Assembly (NCBI GenBank): GCA_037441845.1 | Contig: JBBIRK010000001.1 | Coordinates: forward strand, 32,001-96,000 | DNA: 64,000 nucleotides | Direction of reading: 5' to 3' | From: Candidatus Zixiibacteriota bacterium | Lineage (GTDB): Bacteria; Zixibacteria; MSB-5A5; UBA10806; 4484-95 | Shown: positions 1 to 8,314 of the stretch, one piece after another | Numbering within the stretch: the first letter of the stretch is position 1 | Layout: each line of letters opens with the position of its first letter | Made by a program: the position numbers and the translations under genes | Notes under the pieces: model-generated | Database searches by the model: none | The model's input: only the letters and a program-made list of their open reading frames with translations | Told to the model about the DNA's origin: nothing

Positions 1-44
1 TTGCGCGCGTAATTTTCGAACAGCAGTTCATACCATTGCTTCAT
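1..44 (-). CDS. Probable 5' end of a gene running off the window (possibly a class I SAM-dependent methyltransferase)
   Basis: Minus strand reads GGAG-N6-ATG then MKQWYELLFENYAR to the window edge. This resembles some methyltransferase N-termini, but only 14 codons are visible. Confidence 0.35.
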   Translation of the reverse strand, partial: MKQWYELLFENYAR

Positions 45-138
45 CACCGACTCCATCACCTTTTTAGCGATCCGCGATCATTGTCGGTCGAGCCCAAAAT
101 CCAATCCCGTTGGGACAGGGGAATTTCAGGAAAAACGG

Positions 139-227
139 CGGAGAGACTGGGATTCGAACCCAGGAGGCGCTTTTGGCACCTACACGCTCTCCAGGCGTGC
201 TCCTTAGACCAACTCGGACATCTCTCC
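139..227 (-). tRNA. tRNA-Ser (anticodon GGA), CCA not encoded
   Basis: Reverse complement GGAGAGATGTCCGAGTTGGTCTAAGGAGCACGCCTGGAGAGCGTGTAGGTGCCAAAAGCGCCTCCTGGGTTCGAATCCCAGTCTCTCCG. It has an acceptor stem, anticodon arm CACGC-CT-GGA-GA-GCGTG, a long variable arm, GGTTCGAATCC T-arm and discriminator G, followed by CCG rather than CCA. Confidence 0.96.
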
Positions 228-234
228 TGGGATC

Positions 235-263
235 ATCTTAATTTATCGGCAGCCCGATGTCAA
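235..263 (-). promoter_or_regulatory. sigma70-type promoter for tRNA-Ser
   Basis: TTGACA (263-258), 17 nt, TAAGAT (240-235) on the minus strand. Confidence 0.8.
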
Positions 264-276
264 TCACAAGTTCGAT

Positions 277-292
277 GTCATGCATGCATGAC
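277..292. promoter_or_regulatory. Perfect 16-bp palindrome between divergent promoters, candidate operator
   Basis: GTCATGCATGCATGAC is its own reverse complement and lies 12-13 bp from each of the two -35 boxes. Confidence 0.45.
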
Positions 293-304
293 TATGGAAT
301 GGGC

Positions 305-333
305 TTGACAGCGGCGGGGCGTGAAGATACTAT
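305..333 (+). promoter_or_regulatory. sigma70-type promoter for mazG (probably leaderless transcript)
   Basis: TTGACA (305-310), 17 nt, TACTAT (328-333), 7 nt, ATG at 341. No Shine-Dalgarno sequence. Confidence 0.75.
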
Positions 334-340
334 CCTTTCT

Positions 341-1114
341 ATGGATAATATTCAAAGACTTATTGACATAGTCGCCCGGCTGCGCGGTCCCGACGGCTGC
401 CCGTGGGACAAAGCCCAAAATCATCGCTCACTCAAACCATACCTGCTGGAGGAGGCCTACGAAACGCTGGAGGCAATCGACGACGACGATCCGGAAAAGC
501 TCGAGGAGGAGCTGGGGGATCTGTTGCTGCATATAATCTTTCACGCTCAGATCGCCGCCGAATCGGGAAAATTCGATATCGACGAGGTGGGGCGGAAAAT
601 ATGCGATAAGTTGATCATGAGGCACCCCCACGTGTTCGCGGAGAAAACGGAAATGACCACGGAAAAAGTGCTCGATCAATGGGAGGCGATAAAGAAAATC
701 AACCGTACCGGTCATTCTGCGCTCGATGGTTTGCCGCGGGAGCTGCCGGCGCTGCTTAAGGCTTTCCGCATTCAGGAAAAAGTCGGGCGACTCGGTTTCG
801 ATTGGCAAATGCCGAAGGATGTGCTCGCCAAAATAAAGGAAGAGATAGCCGAATTCGAGGCGGCGTTGAATTCCGACGACAAGGATGCGCTCGAAGACGA
901 ACTGGGGGATCTCCTCTTTTCGCTCGTCAACCTCAGCCGGCATCTTAAGCTCAACGCCGAATCGGCTTTGCAAAAAACCAACGATAAGTTTATCCGAAGA
1001 TTCCGCCATATCGAAAAAAGGATCGATTCTTCCGGCAGAAAAATCGAAGAGGTGACGCTCGAGGAAATGGATCGGTTGTGGGAAGAAGGAAAAGACCTCG
1101 AAAACAGCCGGTGA
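341..1114 (+). CDS. mazG: Nucleoside triphosphate pyrophosphohydrolase MazG (tandem-domain)
   Basis: LRGPDGCPWD, EEAYE..EAI, EELGDLL, RHPHVF, and second-domain EEIAE/EDELGDLLF motifs. Start moved to 341, downstream of the promoter. Confidence 0.95.
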   Translation: MDNIQRLIDIVARLRGPDGCPWDKAQNHRSLKPYLLEEAYETLEAIDDDDPEKLEEELGDLLLHIIFHAQIAAESGKFDIDEVGRKICDKLIMRHPHVFAEKTEMTTEKVLDQWEAIKKINRTGHSALDGLPRELPALLKAFRIQEKVGRLGFDWQMPKDVLAKIKEEIAEFEAALNSDDKDALEDELGDLLFSLVNLSRHLKLNAESALQKTNDKFIRRFRHIEKRIDSSGRKIEEVTLEEMDRLWEEGKDLENSR

Positions 1115-1190
1115 TACGGGATCGAAACGCACTATCGGATTTCACGGCGGAATAAACGATTCCTATCGGCATCGGGGAAAGTGATCGACA

Positions 1191-2252
1191 TTGAGCCAAC
1201 TGGAAATCGCCGGAATATCCAAAAGTTTCGGCAAAGACCGGAAAGTGCTCCAGGACATTGAGTTCACGGTGGAGCGAGGGGAATTTCTGGTTATTTTGGG
1301 GCCATCGGGATGCGGCAAGACCACGCTCTTGCGGATTATCGCCGGACTCGAAAAAGCCGATAAAGGACGGGTAATCATCGGCGGAAAAGACGTAAGTTCG
1401 CTCGAACCCAGATTCAGGGACGTTGCGATGGTTTTTCAGAGCTACGCTCTTTATCCCCACATGACGGTATTCGAAAACCTGGCTTTCGCGCTTAAAATCA
1501 GAAAATTAGATAGGGCAAGGATAAAAGAAAAAGTGATCGCAACCGCGCAGCTTTTGGGATTGGAGCGATATTTAGACGCGAAACCTGCCCAACTTTCGGG
1601 CGGTCAACGCCAGCGCGTAGCTCTCGGACGAGCAATGGTGCGGAATCCGACGCTTTTTTTATTCGACGAACCTCTCTCGAATCTCGACGCCGAGCTGCGC
1701 GCCAGAATGCGCCTTGAACTGCTTGCGATTCACCGGCAGCTGACGGCGACATCTCTTTATGTCACCCACGACCAAGTCGAGGCGATGACGCTCGCCGACA
1801 GAATCATAATTCTTCACGATGGAAAACAGATCGGTCCGGAAACACCCAGACGCTTGTACGACAATCCACCCGATATTTTTACGGCCCGGTTTTTGGGCAA
1901 CCCGCCGATGAATATCCTGCCCGGCAATGTGGACCGGGAAAGACGGAAAATCGTATTCGCCGATGGTGCCGAGGTCGATTGCCCGGAAAAAGTAATGAAC
2001 TATGAAAATGTATTGTACGGCTTTCGACCGGAACATTGTCGTATAGTGGACAACGGAACATTTATCTTAAAGATCCACGGCTATGAAGACACCGGCAGGG
2101 AATATACAGTTGAACTGGCGGATCAAAGGGGAACGCGCATTTTCTGCTTTACCGGATACCGGCCGGTCAACGAACAATTATGCGGGTTGATTGTCGAAAA
2201 AGCCGCTTATTTCGATCCGCAAAGCGGCCAGGCGATCGGAGATCCGCTATAG
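1191..2252 (+). CDS. Carbohydrate ABC importer ATP-binding subunit (MalK/UgpC/MsmX family)
   Basis: GPSGCGKT, VFQSYALYPHM, LSGGQRQRVALGRA, FDEPLSNLDA, YVTHDQVEAMT, plus a C-terminal TOBE-like region. TTG start. Confidence 0.92.
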   Translation: MSQLEIAGISKSFGKDRKVLQDIEFTVERGEFLVILGPSGCGKTTLLRIIAGLEKADKGRVIIGGKDVSSLEPRFRDVAMVFQSYALYPHMTVFENLAFALKIRKLDRARIKEKVIATAQLLGLERYLDAKPAQLSGGQRQRVALGRAMVRNPTLFLFDEPLSNLDAELRARMRLELLAIHRQLTATSLYVTHDQVEAMTLADRIIILHDGKQIGPETPRRLYDNPPDIFTARFLGNPPMNILPGNVDRERRKIVFADGAEVDCPEKVMNYENVLYGFRPEHCRIVDNGTFILKIHGYEDTGREYTVELADQRGTRIFCFTGYRPVNEQLCGLIVEKAAYFDPQSGQAIGDPL

Positions 2253-2380
2253 GTCGGCTGACAGTATGCAAGGCTGGAGCCTGGAACAAATCATGTCGGC
2301 CGGCATGTATTTAGGAAGGATTGCGGGTTCCGGGCATTAGGCGGCGGAAGGCAATAAAAAGATTAAGCATTATAAACATC

Positions 2381-2409
2381 TTGACATATGAAAGAAATAA
2401 GATGATTTT
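2381..2409 (+). promoter_or_regulatory. Possible sigma70 promoter for the pth-rpsF operon
   Basis: TTGACA at 2381-2386 after an A-rich tract. The -10 at 17 nt (GATTTT) is weak. Confidence 0.4.
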
Positions 2410-2420
2410 TAGGTTTTGTT

Positions 2421-3017
2421 ATGGATTTCCGGATTTCATCGGAAACCTCGAAAGTGGTAATCGGTCTCGGCAATCCGGGTAAGCGCTATGCCGCAACTCG
2501 GCATAATCTGGGATTTCAAGTGATAGATCGGGCGGCGTTTTTGAAAAAAAAAGAATTTGTCGAGCTCGGCTCGAAGATATCGTTCTGCCGGCTGTCATCC
2601 GACGACGTCGACCACTATTTGGCCAAGCCGTTGACATATATGAATCAATCGGGAGCGGCGGTGAAAGCGCTGGTCAATGGATTCGGAGTGAAAACGGAAA
2701 ACTTGCTGGTCGTCTGCGATGATTGCAATTTGCCGCCGGGCAAGATTCGTTTTCGGAAAAGCGGCACCGACGGCGGACATCGGGGATTGGGCTCGATCAT
2801 AGAGGCGATCGGTTCGATTCATTTTCCGCGTCTGCGTTTGGGAATCGGGCCGAGTCCGGAAAATGTGCCGCTGGAGGATTTCGTTTTGCAGGAATTTTCG
2901 CAAGATGAGTTGAAACTTATCGATCTTGTGATAGATAGAAGCATTCAGATAATGGATCGGTGGCTGGCCGGCGATCTGAATGCGGTATCGGCGACATTTA
3001 ATGTAACGTTAACCTAA
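2421..3017 (+). CDS. pth: Peptidyl-tRNA hydrolase
   Basis: IGLGNPG..Y..TRHNLGF, KPLTYMN.SG, GGH.GL, RLRLGIG. Confidence 0.95.
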   Translation: MDFRISSETSKVVIGLGNPGKRYAATRHNLGFQVIDRAAFLKKKEFVELGSKISFCRLSSDDVDHYLAKPLTYMNQSGAAVKALVNGFGVKTENLLVVCDDCNLPPGKIRFRKSGTDGGHRGLGSIIEAIGSIHFPRLRLGIGPSPENVPLEDFVLQEFSQDELKLIDLVIDRSIQIMDRWLAGDLNAVSATFNVTLT

Positions 3018-3030
3018 CTAAACCGACCAT

Positions 3031-3067
3031 TTCCCTACTCCTGAATGGAGTCGTGGTCCGAAGGGAG
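3031..3067 (+). ncRNA. S6:S18 ribosomal protein leader (autogenous translational operator)
   Basis: TTCCCT (3031-36) pairs with the SD AGGGAG (3062-67). Inner hairpin ACTCC-TGAAT-GGAGT. The 3' internal loop CGTGGTCCGA carries the CCR motif. Directly upstream of rpsF. Confidence 0.7.
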
Positions 3068-3072
3068 CTATC

Positions 3073-3402
3073 GTGAAAATCTACGAACTGACATTTATCC
3101 TCAATCCGAATCTCGACGAAGAAGCCTTGAAAGCGGAGATCAATAAAGTGGAATCCCAAATCAAGGGTCTGTCGGGGACCATTCTCGAAATCCAAAATCT
3201 GGGCAAAAAGGGATTCGCTTACATTCTGAAAGGACACCGCCAGGGAACCTACATAACGATATACTATCAAGCCGACCCCTCGGCGGTGCGCCAGATCGAA
3301 ACATCGCTGAAACTTAACGAACAGATATTGAGGTTTCTTACTTTAGTGTTGTCGCCTTCGGAATATAAACCAAGGGCTCAAGAAGAATCAGTGACAAAAT
3401 AG
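3073..3402 (+). CDS. rpsF: 30S ribosomal protein S6
   Basis: YELTFILNP, G.K.FAY.L, ILRFL. GTG start with SD. Synteny with ssb and rpsR. Confidence 0.95.
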   Translation: MKIYELTFILNPNLDEEALKAEINKVESQIKGLSGTILEIQNLGKKGFAYILKGHRQGTYITIYYQADPSAVRQIETSLKLNEQILRFLTLVLSPSEYKPRAQEESVTK

Positions 3403-3412
3403 CGGAGGGATT

Positions 3413-3841
3413 ATGGGCGAAACGAGACCTCCTTTATTGAACAAGATCTTCATAGTGGGAAACCTAACGCGCGACCCGGAATTGCGCCATACGACCAACG
3501 GCACCCCGGTTGTCAACTTCAGAATCGCCGCAAACAGGAGATTCAAGGATAATTCGGGAGAAGTTAAGGAAGAAGTTTGCTATGTCGGAGTAGTCGCTTG
3601 GCAAAAGCTCGCTTCATCCTGCGCGGATTATCTCAAGAAAGGGAGCGCCGTATATGTCGAGGGGGAATTGCGTTCGCGCACGATAGAATCGGGAAACGGT
3701 TCGCCCAAATCGATTATCGAAATTCGCGCCAATCATATCCAATTTCTCGACAGGAGAAAAGGTCCGATTGCCGATTCGACCGACGGCGAGATAGGCGAAA
3801 CGGGACTTGATGACGATTTCAATGTGCAAGAGGAGTTTTAG
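3413..3841 (+). CDS. ssb: Single-stranded DNA-binding protein
   Basis: LNKIFIVGNLTRDPELR.T.NG, YLKKGS.VYVEGEL, acidic tail. Confidence 0.95.
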   Translation: MGETRPPLLNKIFIVGNLTRDPELRHTTNGTPVVNFRIAANRRFKDNSGEVKEEVCYVGVVAWQKLASSCADYLKKGSAVYVEGELRSRTIESGNGSPKSIIEIRANHIQFLDRRKGPIADSTDGEIGETGLDDDFNVQEEF

Positions 3842-4066
3842 ATGGAAAGAAGAAAAAAGAAAACCTGCCGATTTTGCGATGAAAAACTCGTTCGTATCGA
3901 TTATCGTGACGAAAGGCTGCTTAGAAGATACGTCACCGAAAGGGGTAAAATCGTACCGGGCAGGATGACCGGGACATGCGCTAAACATCAGCGAAGACTG
4001 ACCACCGCGCTTAAACGGGCGCGCATAATGGCATTGATACCGTTTACGGCCGAGGATTTGGGTTGA
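3842..4066 (+). CDS. rpsR: 30S ribosomal protein S18 (zinc-binding C+ type)
   Basis: [35 protein letters not shown]. Confidence 0.97.
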   Translation: MERRKKKTCRFCDEKLVRIDYRDERLLRRYVTERGKIVPGRMTGTCAKHQRRLTTALKRARIMALIPFTAEDLG

Positions 4067-4067
4067 A

Positions 4068-5009
4068 GTGGATGAATCTCACGGGGTAGTCATAAAGTCC
4101 GATCGAGCCAGAATATGGCTGCTTTTAACCATCATTATAGTGGCCGGCGCCCTGGCCGGTTTGGCCCTGGTCAATACCATAGCTTTCATAGGGCTGATGA
4201 TAGGCTTGATAATCACGATCGTGCGCTATGGCTGGCGGTATTGCTTAATCGCGGCGTCAATATCGATGGGATTATGTTTTTTTTTATACGGCCCTATAAT
4301 TATGGGTGGGATGTTTCTTTTGTTCGTGCTTCCGGCGATGCTTATGGGACATAAAGCTCGACTGTTCGGAACCCACCGGCAGATTCTAATTTGGGGTCTC
4401 ATGGTTTACGCATTTCCCCTGTTTTTGCTGGTCATCTTATATCCGCAGTTGATTGCCGGGTCGGAGACATTCGCCAGGGAGATGTCCCAGCAATTGGCCG
4501 CGGAATCGGCCGTCTTGGGAATCACCGGCGCAGACATGCAATCCTACTTGGCATCGTTGGAAACCGTATTCGAATGGACGTTGAAACTCGCCCCCGGGAT
4601 TTTGGCGACGACATTCGTGGCATTTGTCGTTTTCGCTTACCTCGGAGCCAGCGCGGTTGCTCCCCGTTTCGGGGCGATCTTGCCGGCCATGACCCCATTC
4701 GCGTTTTGGAAAGGTCATGATTTGTGGCTTTTGCCGCTTGGTTCGGCGTTGCTGCTTTTGCTGATAGGCGGACCGACGGCCCGAATTATCGGCTATAATA
4801 TCGGCTTGTTCATGGTGCATGTTTATGCGGTTTTCGGCCTGGCGATAATCGAGTTTTTCTTAAGTAGAACCCTGTCTCTGGGTTGGCCAAGGCATTTTTT
4901 ATATATACTTATGTTGCTGGCGGCTATTATATTTATCCCCATGCTGGCGGTCATCGGATTGCTCGACAGCAGATTCGATCTGCGCCGGCTGAGTGAGGAA
5001 AGAGCGTAA
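4068..5009 (+). CDS. YybS/DUF2232 family membrane protein
   Basis: Multi-TM protein ending IGLLDSRFDLRR, located between rpsR and rplI as is usual for YybS. Confidence 0.8.
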   Translation: MDESHGVVIKSDRARIWLLLTIIIVAGALAGLALVNTIAFIGLMIGLIITIVRYGWRYCLIAASISMGLCFFLYGPIIMGGMFLLFVLPAMLMGHKARLFGTHRQILIWGLMVYAFPLFLLVILYPQLIAGSETFAREMSQQLAAESAVLGITGADMQSYLASLETVFEWTLKLAPGILATTFVAFVVFAYLGASAVAPRFGAILPAMTPFAFWKGHDLWLLPLGSALLLLLIGGPTARIIGYNIGLFMVHVYAVFGLAIIEFFLSRTLSLGWPRHFLYILMLLAAIIFIPMLAVIGLLDSRFDLRRLSEERA

Positions 5010-5031
5010 ATTATTCGCAGGAGTGTTCAGC

Positions 5032-5484
5032 ATGAAAGTCATACTTAAAGACGATATCAAGAATCTCGGAAATTGCGGCGAAATAGTCGAGGTCAAAGGC
5101 GGCTACGCCAGAAACTTCCTGATACCGAAGAATCTGGCGGCACCCGCCACCCCGGGCTATCTGAAATCGATCGACGAAATCAAGCAGCAGAAAGCTATCA
5201 AAGATAACAAGCGCAAACGCGAAGCCGAAAAATTGAAAGACAAGCTCGAGAAAATCTCGCTTACGGCTGAAGTGTTGGTGGGCGAGGAAGATAAAATATT
5301 CGGCTCGGTGACGGCGGCCAATATCGCCTCCTTGCTTGCAGATCAGGGTTTTACTATCGACAAACGGGTCATCCATCTCGAAGAACCGATAAAGGCGGTC
5401 GGTGTATACACGATTCCCATAAAGCTGGAAAAAGAAGTTGTTGCAAATATCAAGCTTTGGGTGGTAAAAAAAGAGGAGAGTTGA
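5032..5484 (+). CDS. rplI: 50S ribosomal protein L9
   Basis: MKVILKDDIKNLG..GEIVEVKGGYARNFLIPK, IFGSVT, EPIK.VG. SD AGGAG upstream of 5032. Confidence 0.97.
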   Translation: MKVILKDDIKNLGNCGEIVEVKGGYARNFLIPKNLAAPATPGYLKSIDEIKQQKAIKDNKRKREAEKLKDKLEKISLTAEVLVGEEDKIFGSVTAANIASLLADQGFTIDKRVIHLEEPIKAVGVYTIPIKLEKEVVANIKLWVVKKEES

Positions 5485-5539
5485 CGGAGCGATGCGGGGG
5501 GACAATTGGGGATTGCCAAAATAACGAGGCGAGGATCTT

Positions 5540-6022
5540 ATGGCGCTGGTTAGAGCCAAAATCAGCGGGTTGGCGCTCGACGTCACCACTAATTCGCCGG
5601 TTGTCACGCTGACGCCGGAAGATTCTCAGAAAGTGCTGCCGATCTGGATAGGCCACTACGAGGCTTGGGCGATAGGTATGGAGATGTCCGGGGTCGAGTC
5701 GAAACGACCTCTCACGCATGATTTGCTGTATTCCATAATCACGAGGATGGGCGGGGAAATCGAAAAAATCTGTGTGGTCGATTTAAGGGAACAAACATTT
5801 TACGCCACGATCCATATCAAGGCAAACGGCGAAATGTATGAAATCGATGCCCGCCCTTCGGATTCGATCGCCCTTGCGTTGAAAGCCAAAGCGCCGATTT
5901 TCGTCGAGGAAGAGCTCTTCCGGATCAAGGACGAAACACCCGGCGGAGTGCCCGACCAGGAAAGCTTGCGCGACCGACTTCGCCGCATGAATCCCGAGGA
6001 CTTCGGAAATTACCAAATCTGA
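5540..6022 (+). CDS. Bifunctional nuclease domain protein (DUF151/DNase-RNase)
   Basis: LPIWIGHYEA..I, RPLTHDL, FYATI, IDARPSDSIALAL. Confidence 0.9.
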   Translation: MALVRAKISGLALDVTTNSPVVTLTPEDSQKVLPIWIGHYEAWAIGMEMSGVESKRPLTHDLLYSIITRMGGEIEKICVVDLREQTFYATIHIKANGEMYEIDARPSDSIALALKAKAPIFVEEELFRIKDETPGGVPDQESLRDRLRRMNPEDFGNYQI

Positions 6023-6171
6023 AAATTTCCGAATGAACCACTCTAATAGGCGTGTGGCAGGAAATCGTTCAGCCGGCGGAATAACAGAACCGCGATGGAT
6101 AAATTATACAGGCCGGCCCGGTTAGTCTTCCCGAAGCAACGTTCTTCAAGCTTATGGACCTCATCTGACTT

Positions 6172-7974
6172 ATGCGCTTTATATTACTTCAACTGATATC
6201 GATTTTCTTGATTGCGGCATTTTCCGCAGCGGGTCGCTGCCAGGATATATACCAGTCGGCCGCCCAGGGCTTGAAACGGGCTGTGGCCGAGTTCGAATCC
6301 GGAAGATATGGCGAGGCTTACCGGCATTTCGATCGATTGGCCGAGCTTTACCCGCTCGACGAACACCAGTCGATTTTCCAGTATATGGCTGCCAAATCGC
6401 TTTATTATGACGGCCGTTATGAAGCTGCGAACGAAAGGATAAGAAGATTCGCCAAGAATTTTCCGGGGTCGTCGTTGATTCCGGCGGGGAATCTGATAGC
6501 GGCCGCAAGCAAGTATGCGCTGGGGGATTTGCTGGGAAGCGCCGCCAAATATCTTGAGATTATCGATTCTTCAGGATCGCCGGAGATCAAGGCGATCGCC
6601 AGAAAAAACCTGCTTTCCATGCTGCAGACCGAGCTGAAAGCGAAAGAGTTATTGCAGCTGGCTTTAGCCAATGAACAAAGCCGGATGGCCGAAGAAATTC
6701 ATTACTATGCCTGTGCCAGACTGATTCAAATTAAAGATTACGAAAGCGCGATTACGAATATTGAAGCGTATTTGACCAGATATCCCAATGGAAAATTTCG
6801 GCAAAGCTTAATCGGCATGCTCGATCTCGCTCGGAGTGAAACGGTGAGCAAAATCATAATCGGGGTGCTGGCACCACTTGGCGGGATCTATGGCGAATTC
6901 GGCAGAAATCTCGTTGACGGCGTCAATCTGGCGTTCGAGAATTTTTCTTTGGGTGGCAAGAAAGTACAATTACTGGTCAAAGACACTGAAGGATCCCCGG
7001 TGCAGGCGGTGCAAGCGGCCAGAGAATTGATGAGTGCAAATCCTGCGGCCATTATCGGGCCTCTCCGCTCGGAAACGGCGGTGGGCGCTGCGACGGCGGT
7101 TAGTCACAGCGGCATTCCAATGATTCTACCGACGGCATCGGAAAAAGACCTCGCTTTGCTTGGAGACAATGTTTTCCAGCTGTCGCCGCCGGCCGAGGAA
7201 TTGGCTGCAGCGGTGGCAGAATACGCCGTGACGAAACTGGGCCTTAAAGAGTTCGGAATCATAGCACCTTCGGATATGGCCGGCCGGCAGGTGACGACGG
7301 CCTTCGCCGATAAGGTCTATGAACTCGGCGGTCAAGTCGTGGCGATAACCTACTACGAGGCTGAACAGACAGACTTCACCCAACAGATAAAACCGTTGCG
7401 CGATGCTTTACTTATAAAAGCGGAGGAGTTGCTGGCGGTCGGCCAGGCGGATTCAGATCTATACTACGATTCATTGAATCAAAAATGGCTCGATCAGAAG
7501 GACTGGAGGGTATTTCTCGATGGGTTGTTTTTGCCCGGTTATGCGGAAGAACTGGCCATGCTCGTGCCTCAGATAAGATACAACGTTATCACGACCAAGT
7601 ATTTCGGGCTTTACGGCTGGGATTCGCAGGCGCTGATCGATAGAATCGGCGACTATATTGAGGGGGCCATTTTCGCCGCCGATTTTCATTTGGATGAAAA
7701 AAACGAAAATTGGCGGAAATTCACCCGGCAATTCGAAAGCAAATATAACCGAAAACCGGATAGGATAGCCGGTCTTGCTTACGACGCTGCAGCCATCATC
7801 AAAGAGGCGATCGAGCAGGGCAACGTGGATGCCCACGATATTCTCGATCATATCCGCGCAATAACAAATCACGACGGGGTCGTGGGCAGAATCGATTTCA
7901 AGGGAGGAAGCCGCATCAATTCCTCCGTTGAAATATGTCAGATACGCCGCGGCGGCATAGAGAAGGTGCGCTGA
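6172..7974 (+). CDS. Exported TPR + periplasmic binding protein type 1 (LppC/LpoA-like penicillin-binding protein activator)
   Basis: Signal peptide, TPR/BamD-like repeats (YLTRYPNGKF), then IGVLAPL.G..GEFG, DTEG, AIIGPL, AYDAA of the LivJ/LppC fold. Confidence 0.75.
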   Translation: MRFILLQLISIFLIAAFSAAGRCQDIYQSAAQGLKRAVAEFESGRYGEAYRHFDRLAELYPLDEHQSIFQYMAAKSLYYDGRYEAANERIRRFAKNFPGSSLIPAGNLIAAASKYALGDLLGSAAKYLEIIDSSGSPEIKAIARKNLLSMLQTELKAKELLQLALANEQSRMAEEIHYYACARLIQIKDYESAITNIEAYLTRYPNGKFRQSLIGMLDLARSETVSKIIIGVLAPLGGIYGEFGRNLVDGVNLAFENFSLGGKKVQLLVKDTEGSPVQAVQAARELMSANPAAIIGPLRSETAVGAATAVSHSGIPMILPTASEKDLALLGDNVFQLSPPAEELAAAVAEYAVTKLGLKEFGIIAPSDMAGRQVTTAFADKVYELGGQVVAITYYEAEQTDFTQQIKPLRDALLIKAEELLAVGQADSDLYYDSLNQKWLDQKDWRVFLDGLFLPGYAEELAMLVPQIRYNVITTKYFGLYGWDSQALIDRIGDYIEGAIFAADFHLDEKNENWRKFTRQFESKYNRKPDRIAGLAYDAAAIIKEAIEQGNVDAHDILDHIRAITNHDGVVGRIDFKGGSRINSSVEICQIRRGGIEKVR

Positions 7975-8107
7975 TTATCTCGCCGCGATTGAAAAATGAA
8001 ACGGGACCTTGCCCGCTGACGGGAATCGAAATCGCGGGTTATCGCCGTCGTTTTTGAGAACAAATTCCGAATGCACCGGCGGATTTGCCGCCTGAAAGGA
8101 CAACGCC

Positions 8108-8314
8108 ATGACCCAACCGGAAAAGCGAATCGCCCTGACCATCCATTACGGCGACCAAAAAAGGGAAATTACGTTCGATGAGCTGACGCTTTCCAACAAC
8201 CTTGCCCTTGAAGCCTTGGTGAAGGTGTTGGCCGACAACAAAGTCATCGATGTCAATGAATTGAAGCAGGCGATGGAGAAAATACGCCAAGAAAGGTATG
8301 AAAGCCCCAAATAA
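8108..8314 (+). CDS. Small hypothetical protein (68 aa)
   Basis: SD AAAGGA. Protein-like sequence with EALVKVLADNKVID..EL helix pair. Overlaps the next gene. Confidence 0.75.
   Translation: MTQPEKRIALTIHYGDQKREITFDELTLSNNLALEALVKVLADNKVIDVNELKQAMEKIRQERYESPK

Noticed and set aside
1..227. Genomic island integrated at the tRNA-Ser 3' end
   Set aside because: No integrase or duplicated tRNA 3' fragment is visible. Only 138 nt downstream lie in the window, so it cannot be fully excluded.
4068..5009. YybS without gdpP, gmd without fcl, and secDF without yajC as anomalies
   Set aside because: These arrangements are common outside model organisms and the partners may lie elsewhere.
7983..8092. 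Nested stems (CCGCGATT/AATCGCGG, CGGG/CCCG, GGCGG/CCGCC) upstream of the three-gene module as a riboswitch or hammerhead
   Set aside because: No complete known aptamer core (CTGACGG is not the hammerhead CTGANGA), and the stems are short enough to arise by chance.
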